From the NCBI GenBank assembly GCA_044225505.1, contig JBGAIN010000002.1, forward strand, positions 62,001 to 126,000: a stretch of 64,000 nucleotides of DNA, given 5' to 3'. The translations under genes were made by a program, and so were the position numbers. This DNA is from Limisphaerales bacterium. Its GTDB lineage: Bacteria > Verrucomicrobiota > Verrucomicrobiia > Limisphaerales > SIBE01. The notes beneath the pieces are model-generated. The model saw nothing but the letters and a program-made list of their open reading frames with translations. It was not told the origin of the DNA and did not search any database. This document shows positions 9,733-18,913 of the stretch, piece after piece. Each line of letters begins with the position of its first letter. The first letter of the stretch is position 1.

Positions 9733-10845
9733 TCAATGGAGCACCGTCGGCGAAAGAAAATACATGCGCCCTGCTTCCAATCGAGGCAGTTGGAAACCAA
9801 GATCCACTTTGAGCGAACTCCCCTCACTGCTTCCAAACATGCTGAATAGACTCCCAAGAGCAAACGGTTCCTGATATCGGATGAGATTCGCATCGGCAAT
9901 CTGCCCCAACTTCCGAGCGCGCCTGACGGCTGCGTCGAAATTTCCGAGTTCATCGACGAATCCCAGATCAAACGCCTGCTTTCCTGTCAGAACTCGCCCA
10001 TCCGCGAACTGTTTCCAGTTATCCGCCAACGGCTTTCCCTGCCCCGAGTTTTCCTTCTGCGAGCGTGATCGACCTTCCTCGACGACAGATACGAATTTGG
10101 CATACGTCTCATCGATCATCGCTTGGATCATCTTCTGCTCTTCCGGCTCAATTTCCTCCAATTTCTTGGACCCGCGTAACATGTCCTTGAACCGACCGCT
10201 CTTATAAACCTGTGGGTAAACGCCTACCTTGTCGAGCAGACCGCGGTAGTTGAAAGTGCTCATAATCACACCGATGCTGCCCGTCATCGTCAATTCGTTG
10301 GCCACAATCCATTGGCAAGGAGCAGAGACGTAATATCCGCCCGACGCCCCCAACCCGCCCATCGCGGCGATGACAGGTTTTCCGGATTTATCCTGAAAAT
10401 CGAGTAACGCTCGAGAAATGTCATCGGACGCCATAACTTCACCACCGGGCGAATCCACCTTGAGCAGCACGGCTTTCACAGCAGCGTCCCGCGCAGCCAT
10501 CCGCAACTGATCCTCGATCAAATCAACCATGTTTCGGCTGCGTCGCCCGACGCCCATACTCGTGATAATTCCTTCAACGTCGATAATGGCAATTTTATGA
10601 TCAGAACCGTTATTCTCGACGGTCACCTCTTCGAGCCAACGCCCGCTTTCCCGCCCTCCCTTCGCTCCAAACGACCAGCCAGCAGTATTCCGCAGCACCT
10701 CGGTAAACACCACCAATCCGAGGAGCAAACCTAGGATCATGGCCACCACCATCCAACCGCGACCTCCGCCCCGCTTGCGGCGGACAGGCGATGGCGGCGC
10801 AATCACCGGTGGCGGCAAGTTTCGGATTGGCGGCTCATTTTCCAT
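9733..10845 (-). CDS. sppA: Signal peptide peptidase SppA (S49)
   Basis: N-terminal TM helix, KVDSPGGEV, GASGGYYVS, TGSIGVI, KSGRFKD, ADGRVLTGKQA..LGFVDELG. Confidence 0.92.
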   Translation of the reverse strand: MENEPPIRNLPPPVIAPPSPVRRKRGGGRGWMVVAMILGLLLGLVVFTEVLRNTAGWSFGAKGGRESGRWLEEVTVENNGSDHKIAIIDVEGIITSMGVGRRSRNMVDLIEDQLRMAARDAAVKAVLLKVDSPGGEVMASDDISRALLDFQDKSGKPVIAAMGGLGASGGYYVSAPCQWIVANELTMTGSIGVIMSTFNYRGLLDKVGVYPQVYKSGRFKDMLRGSKKLEEIEPEEQKMIQAMIDETYAKFVSVVEEGRSRSQKENSGQGKPLADNWKQFADGRVLTGKQAFDLGFVDELGNFDAAVRRARKLGQIADANLIRYQEPFALGSLFSMFGSSEGSSLKVDLGFQLPRLEAGRMYFLSPTVLH

Positions 10846-10972
10846 GAAATCGAAGCTATCCCACCCCTCTGCACCCGGCAAGTGGTATCCCGCCCGGGAC
10901 CCAGACTGAGGAGCGAATCCAAGGGCACCTCAAGCCTGCGTGGCCGTCAGACTTAGGGAAACTCCAGCGCCC

Positions 10973-12259
10973 TTAGCTATGAAGCCAACGTCGAGCTTTC
11001 ATCTCGAAGCGAGGCAGAACTTCCGTCGCAGACTCTACCACAATCCGGAGCGCGAAGGTCGCGTGCAACCGGGCGGCGACGGTTTCGAGCAGCGCTGGCA
11101 CATCGTGGCAGTCTCGAGTTGGCTCAACCACCACCTTCAACTCCGTAAAATGTTGGTGCTTAGACACTTTTACTTGATACTCACTCACCTCAGGAATGCC
11201 CCTGATGACCTCCTCAACAGCACTCGGGTAAACATTGACGCCTCTCACAATAATCATATCGTCCACTCTCCCTAAAATCCCGCCCTCCAGCGCGAGTTCA
11301 TAAGTTCCGCAGCGGCACGGGGTTTCCAACGAACCCTCGCCTTTTCGGACCAGATCGCCGGTCCGATATCGGATCAGGGGAGATCCCACTCGCCCGAAGT
11401 TCGTCAAGATGAGCTCACCCGTTTCTCCTGGCGCGACTGGCTGATCAGTCTTGGGGTCGAGCACCTCGGCAAAGAATGCCTCATCCATCACATGTAATCG
11501 CCCGGGCTGCACTGGGCACTGGTAAGTGACTGGCCCCGTTTCAGTCATACCATGATGATCAAACACCTCGGCCCCAGGCCATAACACCTCGAGCTGACTT
11601 CGGGTGGCAAGAATACTTCCTCCAGCTTCTCCAGCGACAATAATGCGCCGGAGCTGCCCTGAAGACAAATCGGCCTTTTCTTCGTTCGCGACGGACGCCA
11701 GCCGCAACGCATAAGTCGGAGTGCAACAAAGAACCGTCGCGTGCGCACTCAAGATCATTTGAACCCTTGCCGAACTACTCATTCCGCCTGCCGGAAGGCA
11801 CATCGCTCCCAATTTCGCTCCCGCTTCAAACGCCAGCCAAAACCCGAGATACGGCCCGAAAGAGAAGGCGAAAACAATTCGGTCTTGATCGGTCAGCCCG
11901 GCGGCCCGAAAAATGTCCAGCCACCGGTCCACCATCCAGTTCCACGTTTCTGGGGTATCCAGCCAGCGCAATGGGCGCCCAGTCGTTCCGCTTGTTTGGT
12001 GATATCGGGTGTAATGATCGAGAGGATACGTAAGGTTTGTGCCAAAGGGTGGATGACTCTGTTGATCCCGAACGAGCTCTGCCTTGGTCGTGAAGGGTAA
12101 TCGCGAGATGTCTTCGCTCGACTGAATGGTCGGAGCCACCGAGCCGAGCTTGGCGGTATAAAACGGGTTGGCTGGGAGGATATGCCCCAACAGTTGCCGA
12201 AACTGCTCGAGCTGTCGGGACTGGAGCGCCGATCGCGTTGGGTGCGCACGTTCCGACAT
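10973..12259 (-). CDS. Phenylacetate-CoA ligase-like AMP-binding enzyme (PaaK family)
   Basis: LPFTTKAEL, QTSGTTGRP, HGMTETG, PLIRYRTGDLV, GRVDDMIIVRGVNVYPSAVE. Confidence 0.88.
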   Translation of the reverse strand: MSERAHPTRSALQSRQLEQFRQLLGHILPANPFYTAKLGSVAPTIQSSEDISRLPFTTKAELVRDQQSHPPFGTNLTYPLDHYTRYHQTSGTTGRPLRWLDTPETWNWMVDRWLDIFRAAGLTDQDRIVFAFSFGPYLGFWLAFEAGAKLGAMCLPAGGMSSSARVQMILSAHATVLCCTPTYALRLASVANEEKADLSSGQLRRIIVAGEAGGSILATRSQLEVLWPGAEVFDHHGMTETGPVTYQCPVQPGRLHVMDEAFFAEVLDPKTDQPVAPGETGELILTNFGRVGSPLIRYRTGDLVRKGEGSLETPCRCGTYELALEGGILGRVDDMIIVRGVNVYPSAVEEVIRGIPEVSEYQVKVSKHQHFTELKVVVEPTRDCHDVPALLETVAARLHATFALRIVVESATEVLPRFEMKARRWLHS

Positions 12260-12264
12260 TCCGC

Positions 12265-12816
12265 CTAGTGCGTCCTGGGCAAGAAGCCCTGGGCTTGGGT
12301 CAAGCTGGGCTTAGCGGCCGGTGGATTTGGTTTATAATAGGTCACGAGGCAGCCACCGAGGGCGGCAAGCAAAATCCCAAGAAAGAATTGGGGTTTTAAG
12401 GTTGCAAATCCTCCCGCAGGTGGGTGCAGCCACAAGGCATAGAGCGCATTGACGACCGGAGCGCCCGCGAAGACGATCGACATTACGACCGCTGGAGTTC
12501 CCTTGGCTCCAAACGCCAATAAAACGCCGAACGCGCCTATTGCCCCCACAATGCCAGCCACCAGAGACCAACCCATGCCACGCGCTGGGTAACTCCAAGA
12601 CGCCCCCTTGGCAATGAGCAAACCGAGCGGGGCGAGCACCGCGGTCAAGAAATAAGCAATCCCAACAAACAAGAAAGCCTTGTATCGGCCGTTGACAGGG
12701 TCACCCATCGCCATTTGCCCAGTGTGTAAAAATACTCCATAAACTCCCCACGACGCAACGGTCAGCAAGGAAAACAGAAGCCACGCCACTCCGGGCTGAT
12801 TTGTATTCTCGGCCAT
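12265..12816 (-). CDS. Small multi-pass membrane protein (EamA/DMT-like)
   Basis: About 5 hydrophobic helices; SWGVYG and VMSIVFAGAPVVNAL segments. Ends 5 bp before the CoA ligase start. Confidence 0.7.
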   Translation of the reverse strand: MAENTNQPGVAWLLFSLLTVASWGVYGVFLHTGQMAMGDPVNGRYKAFLFVGIAYFLTAVLAPLGLLIAKGASWSYPARGMGWSLVAGIVGAIGAFGVLLAFGAKGTPAVVMSIVFAGAPVVNALYALWLHPPAGGFATLKPQFFLGILLAALGGCLVTYYKPNPPAAKPSLTQAQGFLPRTH

Positions 12817-13070
12817 AAACAAGTTTTCGGGCGCAGACGGTCCAAACCGTCCTTATGGAACTGCGCGCGCACTCCCGGTCTCGGCAGTCTTCGATCGACA
12901 ATCGATTCGAAGCACTGGTTGTCCTACGCGAACAAAGTCGAGTCACTGGTCCGGGCGCGTGCCCTTCATTAATGTCACCGGTCTAACGTATTTTCAATCG
13001 TGCCGCAAGCTCCACCCAAAGTTTCTTGACGCGCCGATGGGTCAATCGAGCGCTTTATAGAACGCGACCG

Positions 13071-13526
13071 CTAGGTCATCGGCTGAGACAGCAACTCTGC
13101 TGGCGCAACCTCAATGAGTGCTGCCATCTCCTCCGGGATCGCGACCGCAGACATTTTTCCATCCGCTTGTTGCGCCACACAAACCGCTGTCACCAAGCCG
13201 CGGGCAACCTCCTCCCCTGAGTTCCGAGACAAATTCCGAAAGCGAAAAGAAAACGTTAACGCCTTAGGTTTCTTTTCCTGCACCAGGAGGTGGACTTCGA
13301 CCATGTCCTCGAATCGCAGCGGCCGTTTGAAATCACACTCGGCATGAACGCGCGGAAAGCCGATGGGCGGAACCCGGTCTTTTAACACCACAGAGAATCC
13401 GAGAGAGCGGTAAAAGGCATGCTCCGCGGTCTCCATGAATCGAAAAAAATTCGAGTAATGCATGATGCCGGCCATGTCGGTTTCGGAAAACTCGACTCGG
13501 CGGGTGATTTTGAATTCGTACGGCAT
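13071..13526 (-). CDS. Acyl-CoA thioesterase (4HBT/YbgC hotdog fold)
   Basis: RRVEFSETDMAGIMHYSNFFRFMETAE, PRVHAECDFKRPLRFED. Confidence 0.92.
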   Translation of the reverse strand: MPYEFKITRRVEFSETDMAGIMHYSNFFRFMETAEHAFYRSLGFSVVLKDRVPPIGFPRVHAECDFKRPLRFEDMVEVHLLVQEKKPKALTFSFRFRNLSRNSGEEVARGLVTAVCVAQQADGKMSAVAIPEEMAALIEVAPAELLSQPMT

Positions 13527-13532
13527 GACGAC

Positions 13533-14870
13533 TTATCGAGCTGCGTACAACGCGGCTGCAGCGGGCCTACCGCTTGACGTCGGCTTCCGAAGGCCTTCAA
13601 ACAGACCGAGACATTCTTGCGCCATACGATCGATGCGGAACTGGCTCAGCGCAGCAGCCCGGGCTGCCTGGCGCATCGTTTGCAGCCGATCAGCATCGAG
13701 CAGAAGCGCCTCGATCTCCTCCGCCAGCGCCTTCGGAGCGTCTGGTTCGCAGATAACCCCTGCCCGGGAAATCTCGACTAGTTCCGGAAACGCCGCGTGC
13801 CGAGGCTGAACCACGGGCACCCCTGAGGCCCATGCCTCCGCCAGGTACAGGCCAAACGCTTCGCCGTACAAGGCTGGCACTGAGAACACCGATAGCGAAC
13901 GGTAAAAATGCTGCTTTTGCTCCCGCGTCAGATTCGGGCAAAACTCAACCTCCGAAAGCAGCCCGTGCTGTTGCAGCTTGTTCCGCAGTCCACTCACGAA
14001 CTGGGTCTCATCGACGGGACTTAGCCCCCCGCCAACGCGCAGCCGCAATCCGGGAATTCTTTGGCGCTGTTTCAGCTCAATGAACGCGTCGATAACGGTG
14101 TGCAGCCCTTTCTCTTTGCACATCCGCGCGAAGTAGCCCAGCACCGGCGGATTGGGAAGAGCCTCTGCCGGCTCGTATCCATCGAGATGAATGCCTCCGT
14201 AGACCACGCGCGGTGCCCCGGGCCGGAGTCGAAGGCGTTCAGCCATGAGATCACTGTAATACCGGCTTGGCGCCAGGAAACAGTCTACGGCTGCGGCATG
14301 TTTTTGCGAAAGCTTCCAGGCCTCCGTTTGAAAGGGTTCTGGAAGCGAATCCAGGAAAGCGTGTTCCCCCCCGAGTAAGCAGAACACCGGCACGCCCAAA
14401 TCCCGTTTCAGGCGGGTCGCCATCCCCACTAGCAAGGCATCCGAAAGGCAAATAACGTCCGGTTGAAACTCGGATTTTAGCCAGTGCACCAACTCGTTTA
14501 ATTCTCGAGTTTGGCGTCCGTCTTCGCCTTCCAACATCGAGACGGTTAGCGCCCCCACATCCGACGCGCGCGTTTTTGCCGCTGATCCCGCGGCCCACCA
14601 GAGCAATTTTGGTGAATTCAGAAGCCGGTGCGCCCAGGAAGGGAGTTTGCCGAACCAGGATGACTTCTGTTGCAGAAAAACGTTGATGCCGCCAAAGAAC
14701 ATAGGCGCGCCCGCGCTCTGATCTGCCTGATCGAGAGTCATGGGAAGGTACATGGGGAGCATGACCGCGTCGTGGCCAAGGCGGCGCCACTCCATCACCA
14801 AGGCGTTGTCGCGGAAACACCCACCGCAGTACATGCCTCCAGCTCCGGGAGTTATCTGGACGATGCGCAT
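13533..14870 (-). CDS. Glycosyltransferase family 4
   Basis: Start MRIVQITPGAGGMYCGGCFRDN at 14870. GT4 motifs FARMCKEKGL and EAFGLYLAEAWASGVPVV. The ORF-track extension to 15173 overlaps purC. Confidence 0.88.
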   Translation of the reverse strand: MRIVQITPGAGGMYCGGCFRDNALVMEWRRLGHDAVMLPMYLPMTLDQADQSAGAPMFFGGINVFLQQKSSWFGKLPSWAHRLLNSPKLLWWAAGSAAKTRASDVGALTVSMLEGEDGRQTRELNELVHWLKSEFQPDVICLSDALLVGMATRLKRDLGVPVFCLLGGEHAFLDSLPEPFQTEAWKLSQKHAAAVDCFLAPSRYYSDLMAERLRLRPGAPRVVYGGIHLDGYEPAEALPNPPVLGYFARMCKEKGLHTVIDAFIELKQRQRIPGLRLRVGGGLSPVDETQFVSGLRNKLQQHGLLSEVEFCPNLTREQKQHFYRSLSVFSVPALYGEAFGLYLAEAWASGVPVVQPRHAAFPELVEISRAGVICEPDAPKALAEEIEALLLDADRLQTMRQAARAAALSQFRIDRMAQECLGLFEGLRKPTSSGRPAAAALYAAR

Positions 14871-14969
14871 CCGAGCTAGAAGTATGCGTTCCCCTTTCCA
14901 AGCTGTCAAAATGGAAGCTGCGCAATTCCGCGCTTTGCAGTTCAGCCAAAACCCTTCATACTTATGGGC

Positions 14970-15860
14970 ATGGCAAACGTTCCAGTTCTGCAGGTCGATG
15001 TGCCCGGTTTGCGGAAGGTAAAAAGCGGTAAAGTCCGCGAAATCTTCGACTTGGGTCACGCGTTGCTCTTTGTAGCAACAGATCGAATTTCGGCATTTGA
15101 TTGCATCATGCCCAACGGCATTCCTCGCAAAGGGGAAGTGTTGACTCAGATATCTCACTTTTGGTTCGACCACACCGCCTCATTCGTACCGAACCATCGT
15201 TTGGCGCTGCCGCAGGATCCACTTCCCGTCGCTTTGCAGGCCTTTGAAGCGCAGCTCCGGGGCCGTAGTATGGTGGTCAAGAAAGCCGCGCCTCTTGCCA
15301 TCGAATGCGTCGTGCGCGGTTACCTCGCAGGTTCCGGCTGGAAAGAGTATCGCCAAAGCCGGACGGTCTGCGGGATCCCGTTGCCCTCCGGGCTGACCGA
15401 ATCCGCGGAATTGCCCGAACCGATTTTCACCCCGGCAACCAAGGCTGAAACTGGCCACGATCTCAACATCAGTTTCGAGGAAGCGGCGCAAATCGTCGGG
15501 ATGGACGTCGCGAAACGCGTCCGGGATCTGAGTCTCCAGATTTACACGACCGCTCGGGAATACGCCCGGAAACGCGGAATTATCATTGCCGATACCAAGT
15601 TCGAGTTTGGCATGTTTGACAATCAGTTGATCCTCATCGACGAGGTCTTAACTCCAGATTCCTCTCGCTTCTGGCCCGTGGACCAATACACTCCTGGCAA
15701 AGGCCAGCCCAGTTTCGACAAGCAGTTCGTCCGCGATTACCTCGAGACCTTGGATTGGGATAAATCTCCGCCCGCTCCCGCACTGCCAGCGGAGATTGTC
15801 GCTAAAACTCAAGCCAAATACCTCGACGCTTATAAACGTCTCACTGGGCGCGACCTTTAA
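14970..15860 (+). CDS. purC: Phosphoribosylaminoimidazole-succinocarboxamide synthase
   Basis: GKVREIF, TDRISAFD, IECVVRGYLAGSGW, IFTPATKA, IADTKFEFG, DEVLTPDSSRFW, SFDKQFVRDYL. Confidence 0.97.
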   Translation: MANVPVLQVDVPGLRKVKSGKVREIFDLGHALLFVATDRISAFDCIMPNGIPRKGEVLTQISHFWFDHTASFVPNHRLALPQDPLPVALQAFEAQLRGRSMVVKKAAPLAIECVVRGYLAGSGWKEYRQSRTVCGIPLPSGLTESAELPEPIFTPATKAETGHDLNISFEEAAQIVGMDVAKRVRDLSLQIYTTAREYARKRGIIIADTKFEFGMFDNQLILIDEVLTPDSSRFWPVDQYTPGKGQPSFDKQFVRDYLETLDWDKSPPAPALPAEIVAKTQAKYLDAYKRLTGRDL

Positions 15861-15880
15861 GCCGCAGTGCGAAGGCCCGG

Positions 15881-16801
15881 ATGGAAGAGCTGGTCGAGGA
15901 TTTCCTGCAGTTCCTGCGGCACGAGCGTGGCCAATCGGACCACACCGAGATGGCCTACGCCAGTGCTTTAAGACGATTTGTGGCCTGGGCCAAAGGCAAG
16001 GGGCTGACCCAATGGACCGAGGTCGAATTGTCTCATCTCACGGGTTACCTGCTGGCCGAACAGCAACGCGGCCTGATGAATGAGCCGAAGGAATCCACAC
16101 GCCGCTTGAGCCCGAGCAGCCTTTACCTCGAAATCGCAGCCCTGCGCGCTTTCTTTCGCTATGGCGAAAATGAAAAACTATTGCCCCTCAATCTCGCCGC
16201 GCACCTTTCCTTGCCAAAGCGGTGGAAGCGCCTGCCCAAAGCGCTCACCGACTCGGAAATCGATCAGCTCTTGACTCCGCTGTCACCGGCGTCGCCAGCC
16301 AACCTGTGCAACCAGGCGATCCTCGAACTCGCTTATGCCTCCGGGCTTCGCCTTTCTGAATTGTGCCATGTCCGACTGGAGCAATTGCACCTGGACGCCG
16401 GTTTCGTCACGGTCGTGGGTAAAGGAAATAAAGAACGTGTCGTCCCGTTGGGAAAACCTGCCACCGCCGCCTTGCAGCGTTATCTCGAAGCAGGCCGGCC
16501 GAAGCTGGTCACGGCCCGTTCCACCGGCGCAGTATTCCTGACTGGCTGGGGAACTCCCTTCTCGGCTTCGTCGATGTGGCGGCGGATCAAAGCATGCGTT
16601 CGCTACTCCGGCATCGAACGCAATGTGACGCCCCACATGCTGCGTCACAGTTTCGCCACCCATCTATTGGAACATGGGGCGGACCTTCGCGTCATTCAGG
16701 AATTGCTCGGACACGCCAGCATCAGCACCACAGAAATTTATACGCATGTGGCCAACGCCAAGTTGATCGAAGTTCACAAGCGATTTCATCCACGCGCATG
16801 A
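15881..16801 (+). CDS. xerD: Tyrosine recombinase XerD/XerC
   Basis: Full catalytic set: YASGLRLSEL (R), GKGNKERVVP (K), PHMLRHSFATHLL (HxxR), LGHASISTTEIYTHV (H, Y). RLPKAL. xerD versus xerC not certain. Confidence 0.85.
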   Translation: MEELVEDFLQFLRHERGQSDHTEMAYASALRRFVAWAKGKGLTQWTEVELSHLTGYLLAEQQRGLMNEPKESTRRLSPSSLYLEIAALRAFFRYGENEKLLPLNLAAHLSLPKRWKRLPKALTDSEIDQLLTPLSPASPANLCNQAILELAYASGLRLSELCHVRLEQLHLDAGFVTVVGKGNKERVVPLGKPATAALQRYLEAGRPKLVTARSTGAVFLTGWGTPFSASSMWRRIKACVRYSGIERNVTPHMLRHSFATHLLEHGADLRVIQELLGHASISTTEIYTHVANAKLIEVHKRFHPRA

Positions 16802-17331
16802 CCGAATCCACCACGCCTCACTCGCAGAGTGCCCACCAGACTCCCACCGAATTAGCCTGGTATGTCGCCCACACGCGCCCACGCCGGGAAAAGAAGCTCG
16901 CGGAGTACTGTGAGCGGGAGGGCGTCTCGGTTACCTTGCCGGTCTATCGCAGTGTCAAAAAGTACCGGGGCAAAACGGTCGTCTTCGAAAAACCGTTGTT
17001 TCCCAATTACGTCTTCCTCCGCCTCCTGCAGCCACAGCGCCAGACAGTTTATCAAAGCGATCACGTGGCCAATTTGCTGGAGGTTGTCGACCAGCAATTG
17101 TTCGAAGAGCAACTCGGCGATATTCTTCGTGCGCTGGATACCGAGCTGGAGATCTTTCTCGCCCCTCAAATCGCGGCTGGCTCTCGGGTCAAAATCAAGT
17201 CGGGACCTCTGCGCGGCGTCGAGGGGATCGTCGAACAACGGTCCGGGATGACGCTGGTGCAGTTGCGCCTGGATTTCATCAGCCAGGCCGCCGCCGTGAA
17301 AGTCGAAGCGTCCGAGCTCGAACTAATCTGA
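16798..17331 (+). CDS. NusG-paralog transcription antiterminator (RfaH/UpxY/LoaP-like)
   Basis: ATGA overlap with the xerD stop. NGN domain WYVAHTRPRREKK..PLFPNYVF; KOW motif GSRVKIKSGPLRGVEGIV. Confidence 0.88.
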   Translation: MTESTTPHSQSAHQTPTELAWYVAHTRPRREKKLAEYCEREGVSVTLPVYRSVKKYRGKTVVFEKPLFPNYVFLRLLQPQRQTVYQSDHVANLLEVVDQQLFEEQLGDILRALDTELEIFLAPQIAAGSRVKIKSGPLRGVEGIVEQRSGMTLVQLRLDFISQAAAVKVEASELELI

Positions 17332-17366
17332 CCGGAGGGCCGGAGGGGGGCCGAGTGAACTCTCGC

Positions 17367-17395
17367 TTGACAGAGGTCTGTTTCACCCGAAGATT
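17367..17395 (+). promoter_or_regulatory. Candidate sigma-70 promoter of the antiporter-rnr operon
   Basis: TTGACA (17367-17372), 17-nt spacer, AAGATT (17390-17395). Confidence 0.45.
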
Positions 17396-17429
17396 CGTTC
17401 GGCTTGGGAAGGACCTTCTCAACCTGTCG

Positions 17430-17490
17430 GAAGGGTCTGAGGGATTGGTGCCCTCGGAGGCAAACGGATGGTCGGGCCGCCATCTGATTA
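17430..17490 (+). ncRNA. Candidate nhaA-I motif (Li+-I / Na+-II class) riboswitch
   Basis: GGGT, then hairpin CTGAGGG/CCCTCGG, then hairpin CGGATGG-[TCGGGCCG]-CCATCTG. The GGTCGGGCCGCC core matches my recollection of the nhaA-I consensus. Lies in the leader of a Na+/H+ antiporter gene. Confidence 0.55.
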
Positions 17491-17599
17491 ATAACCGTGC
17501 TTTGCCGCTGTGCTTTCGCCCCAGTCCCATGGGATCGCCCGTGACTTCCCGAACTGACTAGGATCGCACCTCGGTCACATTTATCCGTCAACCCAGCCC

Positions 17600-18913
17600 G
17601 TGCAAAACTCTGTTTTCCCCTGGTGGGCCGCCGTGCCTGTCGACCCGCATCCGATCACCATTATTCCATTCGCGGTCATGCTTCTGGCGATCGCCCTGAT
17701 GCCTTTCATCCATTTGCATTGGTGGGAGCGGCATTTTCCCAAAGTGTCGATCGCACTGGGGAGTATCACCGCTGGCTACTACCTTTTTGCGCTGGGAAAC
17801 GGCAGCCGTTTACTGCACGTGGCGCATGAATACATTAGCTTCATCGCCTTGATCGGAAGTCTCTTTATTGTCGCTGGCGGCATTCATATCGACGTCAAAG
17901 GAGAAGCCAAACCCTGGGTCAACTGCGTGTTCCTGCTGGCGGGCGCGGTGCTCGCCAATTTGATCGGCACCACCGGCGCTTCCATGCTCCTCATTAGACC
18001 TTGGATACGGATGAACAAATACCGCATTACGGCATTCCACATCGTCTTCTTCATCTTCATCGTCAGCAATGTCGGAGGCTGTTTAACACCAATCGGCGAT
18101 CCCCCGCTCTTTCTCGGATACATCAAAGGCGTGCCATTTTGGTGGGTGCTGACCCATTGTTGGCAGGCCTGGGCTATCGCCGTGAGCGGGTTGCTCATCA
18201 TCTTCTACTTTGTTGACCGCCACAATTTCCTCCGGGCTCCCAAGCCGGTGCGCGACGCGGAGACCGCGCGTGAACTTTGGAAGGTCCAGGGATGGCGCAA
18301 TTTGCTCTTTTTGGGTGTCATCCTTGCTGCCGTCTTTGTGAAACGTCCCGTCGGCCTGAGCGAAGGATTGATGGCCGCGGCCGCGCTCGGATCATGGTTC
18401 TTCACGCCAAAGGCAATTCACCAGGCGAACAACTTCGATTTCCATCCGATTCGGGAAGTTGCCTGGCTGTTCATCGGCATATTCGCTACCATGGTTCCCG
18501 CCCTCGATTACCTCGAACTCCACGCCGAGCAACTGCATCTCAATTCGGAAATGAAGCTCTACTGGCTGACCGGCCTGCTCTCGGGCGCGCTCGATAATGC
18601 TCCGACTTACTTGACGTTTCTGGCCGCCGCCATGGGCCGACAGGGGCTCACCCTGAATCAGCCAGCCGACATGCTCGAGTTCGTCACTCACCACGATCAC
18701 GAATTGATTGCCATCTCCCTGGGCGCCGTCTTTTTTGGAGCCCTGACCTACATTGGCAATGGACCAAACTTCATGGTTCGATCCATTGCGGTGCGGGCGC
18801 GGGTGAAAACCCCGGATTTCTTCGGTTACCTGCTGAAATATTCCGTTCCTATTCTCTTGCCGCTTCTTGGCCTAATCTCGATACTGTTTTTCTCTCCCTG
18901 GAGGGTGTTTTGA
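17600..18913 (+). CDS. Sodium:proton antiporter (IT superfamily, CitMHS_2/NhaD-like)
   Basis: About 12 TM helices; IGTTGASMLLIRP, SNVGGCLTPIGDPPLFLG, LDNAPTYL, GALTYIGNGPNFMV. Confidence 0.85.
   Translation: MQNSVFPWWAAVPVDPHPITIIPFAVMLLAIALMPFIHLHWWERHFPKVSIALGSITAGYYLFALGNGSRLLHVAHEYISFIALIGSLFIVAGGIHIDVKGEAKPWVNCVFLLAGAVLANLIGTTGASMLLIRPWIRMNKYRITAFHIVFFIFIVSNVGGCLTPIGDPPLFLGYIKGVPFWWVLTHCWQAWAIAVSGLLIIFYFVDRHNFLRAPKPVRDAETARELWKVQGWRNLLFLGVILAAVFVKRPVGLSEGLMAAAALGSWFFTPKAIHQANNFDFHPIREVAWLFIGIFATMVPALDYLELHAEQLHLNSEMKLYWLTGLLSGALDNAPTYLTFLAAAMGRQGLTLNQPADMLEFVTHHDHELIAISLGAVFFGALTYIGNGPNFMVRSIAVRARVKTPDFFGYLLKYSVPILLPLLGLISILFFSPWRVF

Noticed and set aside
14871..15173. N-terminal 100-aa extension of the GT4 ORF
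   Set aside because: Overlaps purC on the opposite strand; the family-like sequence starts at MRIVQITPG (14870).
16576..16797. N-terminal extension of the NusG-paralog ORF
   Set aside because: Lies within xerD; ATG at 16798 overlapping the xerD stop is the natural start.
15881..16801. Tyrosine recombinase as a prophage/ICE integrase
   Set aside because: Looks like housekeeping XerD/XerC in a purC context; no att repeats, tRNA or phage genes seen nearby.
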